Shown: in pieces, positions 1 to 9,166 of the stretch
Position numbering within the stretch: position 1 is the stretch's first letter
Layout of the letters: each line of letters opens with the position of its first letter
Sequence record: OP617745.1
Reading direction: 5' to 3' (one strand)
Length of the DNA: 64,000 nt
Program-made: the position numbers and the translations under genes
The notes under the pieces: generated by a model
Database searches by the model: none
What the model saw: only the letters and a program-made list of their open reading frames with translations
Told to the model about the DNA's origin: nothing

Positions 1-2
1 TG

Positions 3-200
3 TTGATTAATAAAGAAGAACACCCAGAAATATATTTGTACGACTATTATGATAAATGCGTATATTCATACGATTCAGTACTGAAACAATTCACTGAAGT
101 ATTTTTTGTTCCTACCCCTCATGGAAACTGGACTGGAATAGGATCAAGAAATGCAGAACCAAAACATTTAGAACATTTTAAAACATTTTTCAAGGATTAA
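3..200 (+). CDS. Hypothetical protein, probably 5'-truncated at the window edge
   Basis: ORF from the track; stop is 2 nt before the thyA start. Confidence 0.6.
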   Translation: MINKEEHPEIYLYDYYDKCVYSYDSVLKQFTEVFFVPTPHGNWTGIGSRNAEPKHLEHFKTFFKD

Positions 201-202
201 AA

Positions 203-1756
203 ATGAAACAACTATTAGACTTATATGATAAAATCTTGAAAGAAGGAGTACAAAGTACAGACCGAACAGGTGTAGGTACTATTAAACTCATAGGTCAACA
301 AATGCGTTTTGATTTGAGTAAAGGGTTTCCAGCAGTAACTACCAAAAGGTTAGCATGGAAAGCAATGGTATCTGAATTACTATGGTTTATTGAAGGTTCC
401 CATGACGAGCGTCGTTTGTGTGAAATTCTTCATGGTACTCGTGATTCGGAAAAGAAAACTATTTGGAGCGATAACTGTTTAGATCGTGCGAAAAATGATC
501 CGAACAGATTTAATGGTGAAATTGTTGGTAATATGTATGGTATGAATTGGCGTTATCAACCATCTGAACCACATAGTTATCAATTCATTAAGAGAAAATC
601 TTATATTGATGATTATGTTGAAAAACATGTTTGTCCAGAAATTACTAGTGAATTTAATGGCATTAAAATACACCAGTCGGCTACATGTGGTGAATATGAA
701 GTTGTTGGAAAGCAAAACAATAATATAGTTATACGTTTTTTAGATACCGGATCTTATAAAATAGTAAAAAGAACTTCAAGAAGTATTAAAGATTTTTTTA
801 AACCATCAATAGAAGGGGTCGGATATTTAGGTGGTGTAATTCCTGATACATTAACTGCGAGAAAATTATATCAAATTTGGAAAGATATGATTATAAGAGT
901 ATATAATCCTAGAAAAAATCATGTATCATATAAAGACGTAACTGTTTGTAAACGTTGGCATAATTTTATGAATTTTTATAATGATTCCTTTTCATTATGG
1001 GGATTCCAAGAATTTGTTGATAGTGGTTATTCGCATCAACTTGATAAAGATTATTATGGTTCAAACATTTATTCACCTGATACTTGTATTTTCATATCAT
1101 CATCATTGAATAAAACATTAAATGGTGGTGGTTATGGATTTAAAATCTATATTTACAAAGATAATATATTTTATTCAATAACCGATTTACAAAAATATCG
1201 TGGATTATCAAGAAAAGCACAACTTCCAAAAGAGTTAACTATATTAGAAGATAATGAAACTCATGTAGTAAGGCCAAAAATATATATTGATCAACTTCAA
1301 CGTTGTATTGATTTAATAAAAAATGACCCAGATTCTAGAAGAATTGTTATTACATCATGGAATTCTAGAGATATTGAAAATGCAGCATTGGGTATGTGTC
1401 ACCCATTAGTTCAATGGTTTGTTATTAATGGTAAATTATCATGCATATTCTATATGCGTAGCACAGATAGCTTTCTTGGTTTGCCTTTTAATATTGCATC
1501 ATATGCACTACTTACCCATATGATAGCACAAATTACTGGATTAGAAGTAGGTGAATTAATTTATAATGGTGGTGATTGTCACATTTATTTGAATCATATT
1601 GAGCAAGTGAAAGAACAATTACAACGAGAACCAATGGAATTACCAAAATTATGGTTAGATCCCACTATAACCGATATTGAATCGTTCACAATGGGTTCAT
1701 TTAAACTATTGGATTATAATCCAATGCCAACTATTAAAGCACCAATGGCAGTATAA
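203..1756 (+). CDS. thyA: Thymidylate synthase with in-frame HNH endonuclease insertion
   Basis: TS motifs DRTGVGT, FPAVTTK, ELLWFI, YGxNWR, IDQL, DSRR, catalytic MCH, YMRSTDSFLGLPFNIASY, GDCHIY and C-terminal MAV; 517 aa against ~270-290 for a typical TS. Confidence 0.95.
   Translation: MKQLLDLYDKILKEGVQSTDRTGVGTIKLIGQQMRFDLSKGFPAVTTKRLAWKAMVSELLWFIEGSHDERRLCEILHGTRDSEKKTIWSDNCLDRAKNDPNRFNGEIVGNMYGMNWRYQPSEPHSYQFIKRKSYIDDYVEKHVCPEITSEFNGIKIHQSATCGEYEVVGKQNNNIVIRFLDTGSYKIVKRTSRSIKDFFKPSIEGVGYLGGVIPDTLTARKLYQIWKDMIIRVYNPRKNHVSYKDVTVCKRWHNFMNFYNDSFSLWGFQEFVDSGYSHQLDKDYYGSNIYSPDTCIFISSSLNKTLNGGGYGFKIYIYKDNIFYSITDLQKYRGLSRKAQLPKELTILEDNETHVVRPKIYIDQLQRCIDLIKNDPDSRRIVITSWNSRDIENAALGMCHPLVQWFVINGKLSCIFYMRSTDSFLGLPFNIASYALLTHMIAQITGLEVGELIYNGGDCHIYLNHIEQVKEQLQREPMELPKLWLDPTITDIESFTMGSFKLLDYNPMPTIKAPMAV
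563..1285 (+). mobile_element. HNH homing-endonuclease domain inserted in-frame in thyA (approximate borders)
   Basis: PSIEGVGYLG, WKDMIIRVY, VTVCKRWHNFMNFY and QLDKDYYGSNIYSPDTCIFIS..LN are typical phage HNH motifs; they lie between TS motifs YGMNWR and IDQL. Confidence 0.8.
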
Positions 1757-1757
1757 T

Positions 1758-1788
1758 AAAAAAGGGAGACATTAAGTCTCCTTTTTTT
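1758..1788. terminator. Bidirectional intrinsic terminator
   Basis: A-tract, GGAGAC-attaa-GTCTCC, T7, between convergent genes. Confidence 0.85.
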
Positions 1789-3319
1789 ATACACCGACAA
1801 CACAACGACCGAGGAATCTCATATCAGGTTCCATCGGAACTTGTAGTTTTACTTTATCCAGTTCAATTGACATATTCTCTACTGCAACATTTTCATAAAA
1901 CCCATTTGACATAAGTTCTTGTACCTGTACTGACTTTGGTTCATCTACGGTAATGACCAATTCATAGTTGATACCATCACTTGAAGGTACCCACGAAGAC
2001 ATGTCAGAAATGTTTATTGTTTCGGAACCACTAATACGTTTCCATTTACCACTGATTTTTTGAATTAATGTATTAAAGCTAGGAGAAAAAGCTAACATGC
2101 CATTTTCACCTAAAGTATTATTGGATGCATCAATAAATGGTGGTCTAAACCCAATCTCTGTTAATTTAGTTTCCCCATTATAGCCATCAACCGTCGGATT
2201 TTGTGGGAAAAATAAAATTTCAGTATTTTTCCAACGCTGAACTTCTTTCGATGAGGCAGTTGCAGAAAACTCACCAGTTACCGAACCCCTGTGATATAAA
2301 CCAGTACTACTATCAGACCATTTACTTGGGTCAATTCCGGGGTTTTCAGTTGGATCATAGGTCTTGTTGTTAAATGTAATCGCTGGTTTATCAACAGTAC
2401 CATATATTGCTGCAAAACGTCCCTCAGCTTCTGAAATACCATCATCATACATTGCATCACCGGTTCTACGTAAACCATCTAAACCATATAAATCAAGTAC
2501 GGATTGTACATCGGAAACTGATGTTGGGAATTGTCGTCCATATGAATTTACTAGTTTATTATCAAATGTAACACTTGTGGCTGCAATACGGGTAGCATAC
2601 TGACGAAGACTTTGCCATTTAGTACCAGTACTGATGATCCAGTCACTATCACGTAAGCCTGGGTCATAACTAGCATTACCAACCTCGAATTGTTCTGTTA
2701 GATCTGGGTCTGATGTTAATGATATAAGACCTTCATGACCAGTAGTTGGGATTTGATCTACATTAAATCTTGCATAAGCAGAGGTAACTGATTTAGAACC
2801 ATTACCATCTGTGGTAAAATAATATTTAATTTCCAACCAGTCACCCTCACCTGATGGGTTAGTTGGTGTGAATATAACTGGTGATGTTGAAGGATTTGTA
2901 GTACTCATGTGAGTAGTAGCTATATCAACAATACCACGAGTTACGTAATAATCACCTGAATTGGTTGAGTCCGTTGGCGGTAGATTATCGTAAACCGAAA
3001 TTTCTGATGGTGGATCTACATCATCGGTATTTGGATTAAAAGTACCTTTATATGTCATACCATTCAATAATGTATCTGGTAAATTTGCAATTGAAATTTT
3101 ACCATTAGCATCTAATTGAACAAAACGTCGATATTCCACTGTATCATCTAATAATTGTAATGTACCTTCAAAAGCTTCCCATTCACTATTATAACGAATC
3201 ATTCCCGGACGTTTAATGTCATTTGGTGGATTTTTCAATAGTGCTTTTGGTAATTCCAAGAAACCATTAGTACTATCGATAATAACACCAGAATCACCAC
3301 GTATTCTATATATACTCAT
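1787..3319 (-). CDS. Putative virion structural (tail/baseplate-associated) protein
   Basis: 510-aa ORF rich in T/S/D/G; GMTYKGTFNP motif; ATAAATA late promoter upstream. Confidence 0.6.
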   Translation of the reverse strand: MSIYRIRGDSGVIIDSTNGFLELPKALLKNPPNDIKRPGMIRYNSEWEAFEGTLQLLDDTVEYRRFVQLDANGKISIANLPDTLLNGMTYKGTFNPNTDDVDPPSEISVYDNLPPTDSTNSGDYYVTRGIVDIATTHMSTTNPSTSPVIFTPTNPSGEGDWLEIKYYFTTDGNGSKSVTSAYARFNVDQIPTTGHEGLISLTSDPDLTEQFEVGNASYDPGLRDSDWIISTGTKWQSLRQYATRIAATSVTFDNKLVNSYGRQFPTSVSDVQSVLDLYGLDGLRRTGDAMYDDGISEAEGRFAAIYGTVDKPAITFNNKTYDPTENPGIDPSKWSDSSTGLYHRGSVTGEFSATASSKEVQRWKNTEILFFPQNPTVDGYNGETKLTEIGFRPPFIDASNNTLGENGMLAFSPSFNTLIQKISGKWKRISGSETINISDMSSWVPSSDGINYELVITVDEPKSVQVQELMSNGFYENVAVENMSIELDKVKLQVPMEPDMRFLGRCVVGV

Positions 3320-3354
3320 TTATATATTTCCTCAATAAGTAATATTGTATATGG

Positions 3355-3361
3355 TATTTAT
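3355..3361 (-). promoter_or_regulatory. Putative late promoter ATAAATA
   Basis: About 35 nt upstream of the start at 3319. Confidence 0.6.
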
Positions 3362-3483
3362 TTTTCGATAATAAAAAAAGTTATTCTTGGAATTATATGT
3401 TTACACACAAACTACGGTACTTTTTCCATGAAAAATATATTCTTTATTTTTAATAAATTATTATATCAAAATCTTGAACCGTA

Positions 3484-3831
3484 TTATACAGATGGTATAC
3501 TAATAAGGGGTTTCCATATACCGCCGTCTTTGATAAAAATATTAACGATGTTGGTTGTATCAATTTGGTAATATACATTACCATCTTCACCTGTACTGGA
3601 ATCTGGAATATCTGTTCCTCGTAATATAGTACTGTTTAATTTAGTATTAAGATGGTTTAATGTAACCAGATGTTGATCTTTGGTAGGTTCACCAGCTTCC
3701 ACTGGCATTAATAGTGTGCCTTCGTAATTATAAATTTTTACATCGGTACCATCTGTACTTAATTTTGCACCATTTTTACCAAGAACAAAATCCTTCTTCA
3801 TAGTCCCTTCTAAGTTAGAAAAAATTGCCAT
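3484..3831 (-). CDS. Hypothetical structural protein
   Basis: 115-aa ORF, GGAG RBS; GTDIPDSSTGEDGNVYY motif is common in fibre proteins. Confidence 0.6.
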   Translation of the reverse strand: MAIFSNLEGTMKKDFVLGKNGAKLSTDGTDVKIYNYEGTLLMPVEAGEPTKDQHLVTLNHLNTKLNSTILRGTDIPDSSTGEDGNVYYQIDTTNIVNIFIKDGGIWKPLISIPSV

Positions 3832-3843
3832 TATAAAATCTCC

Positions 3844-4959
3844 TTAGATATTGTCGCTAATAGGCAGAGTTGGTGCTTGCCATGATAGTGTACAAATAAT
3901 TGTCATATTACCATATGAACTTAAATTAACTGATTCATTAAAAATACAAGAAATTATTTCGTCTTTATCAGAAACAGTGTGATTTGTTTCATTGATTACA
4001 TATCTACTTTGCATTGATATATCAAAATAATCATAACCAGCAATAACAGTACCACCAATATCCTCATTTGCTTCCCCACTGAAACGAATTTTCATATCAG
4101 TTACTGGTGGTTCATACCCCTGTGTTACATTTACTTCGATATTAGTGACAAGATATCCAGCAGGACAAGTACCAATAACCAGTACTGTATTAGTGTATGA
4201 ATGATCGATAGTGTTCACTATAACAACTATATCCTTACCGGCATCTCCTTTATCACCCTTCTCACCTTGCAAGCCTTCTTTACCACGAAATTCAATGCCA
4301 GTGCTCCATTCTTTTTGTACTGGATCTGTATTTTCCACAATATCTACATAATATAATTTACCATCACTTGTGTTATAGAAACAATAATCTTCTGGAAGAT
4401 TAGTAATATCAGGGAAAGTGCTTCCAGTACTATCAATGTGGAATCTACCGCGTGGACCTACTTCACCCCTGAAGCTAATACCGCTCGACCACGTTTGAGT
4501 ACTGGAATCATAAAAATAAAGTTTTCCATCATTGGTATTATAGAAAGTATAACCATCAAATAAACCAGAAGTAGGGAATACCGTACCAGAACTATCTATA
4601 TGGAATGGTTTACCCTGTTCACCTTGCTCACCTTTTCCAAATTCAACCGAATTCCATGTGCTTGACTCGCCTGGATTTGAAGTTTTAAAATACAAAACAC
4701 TTGTGGAATTTGCTAAGCTCAGATAGCTCCACCCAATAGTTTTATCTGTATTAAAATCACTGTCAGGTATTTCAAAACCAATTTCGTTTGGATAAAAATT
4801 ACTTCCATCAGAACCGTCATGACCAACAACCAGACCTAAATCTTCAATGGTATTATCTGCATAAGTTACAATCAAATGACCATCTGTGCTGATTTTCATA
4901 CTTTTAATACCAGAATTATTACATGAGCAATTGGACCCATTATTAAATGAAATTGTCAT
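3844..4959 (-). CDS. Collagen-like (Gly-X-Y) repeat virion protein
   Basis: GEQGEQGKP, GEVGPRG and GKEGLQGEKGDKGDAGKD, alternating with a repeated FHIDSxGxxFP..FYNTxDGKLY module. Confidence 0.7.
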   Translation of the reverse strand: MTISFNNGSNCSCNNSGIKSMKISTDGHLIVTYADNTIEDLGLVVGHDGSDGSNFYPNEIGFEIPDSDFNTDKTIGWSYLSLANSTSVLYFKTSNPGESSTWNSVEFGKGEQGEQGKPFHIDSSGTVFPTSGLFDGYTFYNTNDGKLYFYDSSTQTWSSGISFRGEVGPRGRFHIDSTGSTFPDITNLPEDYCFYNTSDGKLYYVDIVENTDPVQKEWSTGIEFRGKEGLQGEKGDKGDAGKDIVVIVNTIDHSYTNTVLVIGTCPAGYLVTNIEVNVTQGYEPPVTDMKIRFSGEANEDIGGTVIAGYDYFDISMQSRYVINETNHTVSDKDEIISCIFNESVNLSSYGNMTIICTLSWQAPTLPISDNI

Positions 4960-4991
4960 ATTTATATCCTTTAATGAATATCATCTAGAAA

Positions 4992-4998
4992 TATTTAT
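4992..4998 (-). promoter_or_regulatory. Putative late promoter ATAAATA
   Basis: About 33 nt upstream of the start at 4959. Confidence 0.6.
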
Positions 4999-5035
4999 CC
5001 AGTACTATACTCTTTTGGTTAGTATATAAAGCACA

Positions 5036-5042
5036 ATAAATA
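5036..5042 (+). promoter_or_regulatory. Putative late promoter ATAAATA
   Basis: About 34 nt upstream of the ATG at 5076; divergent from the site at 4992. Confidence 0.6.
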
Positions 5043-5075
5043 AGTTAAAGTTCATAATAAAAGGGCTTAACGATT

Positions 5076-5573
5076 ATGGCATTACGTTCAAAAAATTTTC
5101 TATTCAACAGAAAAGACAGAGATGGAGAATATAAAGATTTTCCAAATAGTGATGTGTGGTATCCAAACAATGTAGATTATTACTGGGATGAGCAATCAAC
5201 TCCAATGGCAAGTGGTGGATATTATGGAAGTACTACAGGTTTGCACACAATTTCTTTTACACTACGAGAATTCACTGGAAGAATTTATGTACTTGCTACA
5301 CTAGCAAGCAACCCCACAGATCAAGACTGGTTTCCAATTAAATTTAAAGAAAGTTGTAAATATTATCTTGAATTTACGGATATGTCGGTTTATAACCCAA
5401 TTACCGCAGAAATAAACCGCGAACGTGGTACAACTGGTACTTTTGCTGAAACATTAACTGGTAATTTTACATACATTAAAATTGGTATTGATAGAGATTA
5501 TATCAGTGAAAATCCAAGTGATATACAAAAAGGTGCAGTAGGGTACTTAGAATCTATATTAATTAATTTTTAA
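5076..5573 (+). CDS. Hypothetical virion structural protein
   Basis: 165-aa ORF behind a late promoter, first gene of a 3-gene operon. Confidence 0.6.
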   Translation: MALRSKNFLFNRKDRDGEYKDFPNSDVWYPNNVDYYWDEQSTPMASGGYYGSTTGLHTISFTLREFTGRIYVLATLASNPTDQDWFPIKFKESCKYYLEFTDMSVYNPITAEINRERGTTGTFAETLTGNFTYIKIGIDRDYISENPSDIQKGAVGYLESILINF

Positions 5574-5583
5574 GGAATAAGAA

Positions 5584-6189
5584 ATGCTACACAAAGAACA
5601 ACCAAAATTATTTGTAAAAGGACATGTATTAATAACTGATATCACGGATCCAAATAATGTTATTACAGTTTTAGATCGTAGTAATGCGATTCACAGTGAA
5701 AATATGTCATATGCAATAGCGAATTCATTATCATATGTTCAAGATAGTACTGGGGTTCCTATTGGATCTATTAGTTCTATGCATTTTGGTAACGGTGGTA
5801 GTACTATCATCGGTACTGGACGTATTTTATATAAGCAGCCAAGAGTAACATCTTTTGGTGGATTATATTCAGAAACTTATAAAAAAAATATTAATGCCAG
5901 AATTAATCCTGGAATTGATGAACAGTACAACTATATTAGTACTGTTCATATCCCAGGACAATCATACTCAGATGTTGTATGTATTTGTACTCTAGGTTTA
6001 GGTGAACCAGTTGATCAAAACGCAAGTAGTAGTAATGATTTAGATGGTACCTATGTGTTTGATGAATTAGGTCTGTATACTGATGGTGATAGTGGTTCAC
6101 CACTGTCTCATATTATTTTCCACCCAGTGGAAAAATCAGCCAACCGTGTTTTGCAAATTAAATACACTGTACGCATTCAATTACAATAA
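5584..6189 (+). CDS. Putative baseplate/tail-fibre attachment structural protein
   Basis: FDELGLY...SHIIFHPVEKSANRVLQIKYTVRIQ C-terminus resembles myophage baseplate-associated proteins; AAGGA RBS. Confidence 0.6.
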   Translation: MLHKEQPKLFVKGHVLITDITDPNNVITVLDRSNAIHSENMSYAIANSLSYVQDSTGVPIGSISSMHFGNGGSTIIGTGRILYKQPRVTSFGGLYSETYKKNINARINPGIDEQYNYISTVHIPGQSYSDVVCICTLGLGEPVDQNASSSNDLDGTYVFDELGLYTDGDSGSPLSHIIFHPVEKSANRVLQIKYTVRIQLQ

Positions 6190-6202
6190 TAAGAGGTATA
6201 TA

Positions 6203-7315
6203 ATGGCAACGGTTAATTATGTAATCAAAAGAAGTGATGGTACTACATATGCTACCATCCCCAACGATGTTATACTAGGTCCAAATCAACCTGGTAGCAA
6301 CCCAGTACCTCTTAATTTTGTAGGAAGGAATAAGGTTGGATATGGTCAGGCATCAAACGAAAACTTTCTACACTTAGTTGAAAACTTCACAAGTTCAAAT
6401 GCACCTTATGGTAACGTTAAAGGGCAATTATGGTATAAAGCCACTGGGAGTACACCTGGTGAATTTCTTTTAGCATTGCAGGATAATGCTCAACAACCCG
6501 TAGATACTGCAACAGAAGGACAATGGGCTTCTATACCAATGATTACATTGTTTAATACCATACCAGATGGTACTAACAGTGTAATGGGTAGAATGATCCT
6601 CACCAATAATGGTGATACTCTTCGTGTTCTTATGAAAAATAAAGAATGGAGGGAAGTTTTAACTCGTAAACCACAAGCAAAAGAATATGAAGCACTGCTT
6701 GATATTAATTATGATAGTTCAGTAAATTATATTGAATTCACACAAACTAACAGTACTAAACCTATTGCTTATTTTAATACTGGTGGTGATATGAGCATTG
6801 ACTCAAATGGTTGGGCTAGTTTTGAAACAGGCAATGGTGTGTTCCAATTTGGAACTAACTATTTTTATGAAATGAAAATAATGTTCAGGGAAGTTTCGAT
6901 GGATAGTGGCTCATTATTATCTGTCCCTTCTAACTACAAAACGTGGAAAATTAATGGTAGCTTTTATGTTGATAATAAAGGAACCATTACACCGGGTTCT
7001 GTTCCGTGCAGTGATTTACCAGATCCACGTCGTATTGCAAGTTTGGAAACTATTAAAGATGTAATCACCAGTGCTACACTACAAAATGACTGGGACGTTA
7101 GTATGGTAATTAATGATATAGATTCATCCATTCCTAACCCTACTGGGGTTACTAAAGCAGCATATGAACAATGGGTTATTAATTCACTTAATAGTAGCAA
7201 AACACTAGGTTTTAGAGTAGATGGTACTGTATCAGGATTAAGTACTGGACAAACTGTAAAAATTCAACCTAACATTTCAATTAAAATTCTTGGGATCCCG
7301 GCACTCGGTGTATAA
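6203..7315 (+). CDS. Putative baseplate wedge-associated structural protein
   Basis: Start reassigned to ATG 6203 (GAGG RBS; the track start 6083 overlaps the previous gene); GRNKVGYGQASNENFLHLVENF..GQLWY motif. Confidence 0.6.
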   Translation: MATVNYVIKRSDGTTYATIPNDVILGPNQPGSNPVPLNFVGRNKVGYGQASNENFLHLVENFTSSNAPYGNVKGQLWYKATGSTPGEFLLALQDNAQQPVDTATEGQWASIPMITLFNTIPDGTNSVMGRMILTNNGDTLRVLMKNKEWREVLTRKPQAKEYEALLDINYDSSVNYIEFTQTNSTKPIAYFNTGGDMSIDSNGWASFETGNGVFQFGTNYFYEMKIMFREVSMDSGSLLSVPSNYKTWKINGSFYVDNKGTITPGSVPCSDLPDPRRIASLETIKDVITSATLQNDWDVSMVINDIDSSIPNPTGVTKAAYEQWVINSLNSSKTLGFRVDGTVSGLSTGQTVKIQPNISIKILGIPALGV

Positions 7316-7322
7316 CAAAAAC

Positions 7323-7351
7323 AAAAAAAGGAGCCAATCGGCTCCTTTTTT
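7323..7351. terminator. Bidirectional intrinsic terminator
   Basis: A7, GGAGCC-aatc-GGCTCC, T6, between convergent genes. Confidence 0.85.
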
Positions 7352-7352
7352 G

Positions 7353-7826
7353 TTAAAAATATGGTTCACTATTTAAACTGTTGACAAACACAGTCCCTTT
7401 CTTTATACTTTCATACAGAGATTTAAAATCCTTCATTAAATTTTCATTAAGTAGTGTGCTTTTAGCACCAGGATGTAATCTTAGACTTTTATACGAACCA
7501 ATTTCTACCCAAGAATATCCAGAGCTTTCGTGATTCAGTACAGGAATAAATTCATTTTCAACTACTATAACAAATGAATAATATTTGAATTTACCATTTT
7601 TAGTACTGAATACATCAAAAGGTATAATATCTTCAATATCGGGAACAGAATTACCTAATTCTTCTTGTATTTCTCTGTACAATGCTTGTAATGGTGTTTC
7701 ATTATTTTGAAGTTTTCCTCCTACAAATCCCCAGTTATTACTATAGGTAGCACTTTCCGAACGTAAATTGAGCATCATTCTTCCTGTATTCTTGGATAGG
7801 AATATAGCACCAACTGCTTCATTCAT
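7353..7826 (-). CDS. Nudix hydrolase
   Basis: Nudix box GGKLQNNETPLQALYREIQEELG. Confidence 0.9.
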   Translation of the reverse strand: MNEAVGAIFLSKNTGRMMLNLRSESATYSNNWGFVGGKLQNNETPLQALYREIQEELGNSVPDIEDIIPFDVFSTKNGKFKYYSFVIVVENEFIPVLNHESSGYSWVEIGSYKSLRLHPGAKSTLLNENLMKDFKSLYESIKKGTVFVNSLNSEPYF

Positions 7827-7838
7827 AGAAACTCCTTG

Positions 7839-9164
7839 TTAGTTTTTATCACGAAATGTAATACGCCAATAACCAGCAGTGTATTTTGGTTTAACCGATC
7901 TAGACCAACCCAAACGCTTATTATATTTGTAATAATGAGTATCATCTCTGTTATAGATATAATTTGATACAGTTTCTGGATCAATCAAATCTGCACCTGT
8001 GTTGGTTATTTTAAATAGCATATTAGGTTCAATTGATGTATCTTTGTATTGAATAGAACATTTTGAATTATTAACATAATATTGTTCTGGTATAGCATTA
8101 TTTAGTTCAGAAATTTTAGATACTAATTTGATAATATTAAAATTCGTACTATACTGTAAAGGATCAATTTCAACTGTTAACTTATTTGCATCATCACCAC
8201 TACCAATAGATGTTACTATCCCCTTTAATGGGTTAGTTTCTTCGATTGCAGTTTGGAATCTTATGGTAATTTCCTTATCTTCATAATCTGGATCTAAATA
8301 CTGGAAATATTTTTTCCATGAATAAATCCCACCAGTATCTGCTTTTGGACTTCCTGATTGAGAGATTAAAGTAATTTCAAAAATATTATCAGTTTGTTCT
8401 TCAGTACCTATACCCAAATTCTTTGGTGTAAAAACATCAACGATTGGATCTTCAAAATCAAAGTTCATATCTTTTTCAGGAATATATGTTGTCATATTAG
8501 TGTTGATTTGGTTAATTAGTTTTGGTTTTTCAACCCTAGCAGGTAAAGAAAACCATATAGTAGTTTCGAATTTAAATACTGCAATATCCAAATCAGTATC
8601 ATTACCCTGTGGTACACCCCTTGTACTAAATGTTGTATCTACCAATTCCACATTTTCAATACTGGTCCAATCAAGTGGGTTATTGGACATTTGCATTTGT
8701 ACACTTGGTGCAAAGAGTGTACAAATTTGTTCCCACAATTCCATTTTAGCTTGCAATTGTGTAGTCCATATGTTAAGATTGAATACAAATTTATATGGTA
8801 CTGGATTGTGTCGTGTAACTTTGTACATTTTATCGATTTCGTGTATATAATTACCATTATCATCAGTTTTATTAGTTGCGAATACTGAAATATCATCTGC
8901 ATTAGAACGCGTTGATTTTCTATCCACATTTAAGCTTTCTACACTGATAGTCATAATAGGTGCTGAATTTATGATATTTTCACTACCACTATTAATAATA
9001 TAGGCAGCCATTTTTGAAATATCTGCATAACGAACCGGAACTTCTCGGTATCGTGGTTTGCCTTCATCATCAACACCATTTTGTACAGTAAAACCACTGA
9101 ATAAACGAATAAGATGAGTTAATTCTCTATGAAATTGTCCATCATAATAATAATCTAGTTTCAT
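7839..9164 (-). CDS. Tail completion / sheath stabilizer (T4 gp15-like)
   Basis: YYYDGQF..LIRLFSGF, NPVPYKFVFNLNIWT and ELWEQICTLFAPS; directly follows the gp14-like gene. Confidence 0.7.
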   Translation of the reverse strand: MKLDYYYDGQFHRELTHLIRLFSGFTVQNGVDDEGKPRYREVPVRYADISKMAAYIINSGSENIINSAPIMTISVESLNVDRKSTRSNADDISVFATNKTDDNGNYIHEIDKMYKVTRHNPVPYKFVFNLNIWTTQLQAKMELWEQICTLFAPSVQMQMSNNPLDWTSIENVELVDTTFSTRGVPQGNDTDLDIAVFKFETTIWFSLPARVEKPKLINQINTNMTTYIPEKDMNFDFEDPIVDVFTPKNLGIGTEEQTDNIFEITLISQSGSPKADTGGIYSWKKYFQYLDPDYEDKEITIRFQTAIEETNPLKGIVTSIGSGDDANKLTVEIDPLQYSTNFNIIKLVSKISELNNAIPEQYYVNNSKCSIQYKDTSIEPNMLFKITNTGADLIDPETVSNYIYNRDDTHYYKYNKRLGWSRSVKPKYTAGYWRITFRDKN

Positions 9165-9166
9165 TG

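Noticed and set aside
563-1285. Intein or group I intron in thyA
   Set aside because: No TxxH block B or terminal HN/HQ, and the insert is fully coding, leaving no room for intron core elements.
6083-6202. Upstream start of the 410-aa ORF
   Set aside because: It overlaps the previous gene by over 100 nt; ATG 6203 has a clear GAGG RBS.
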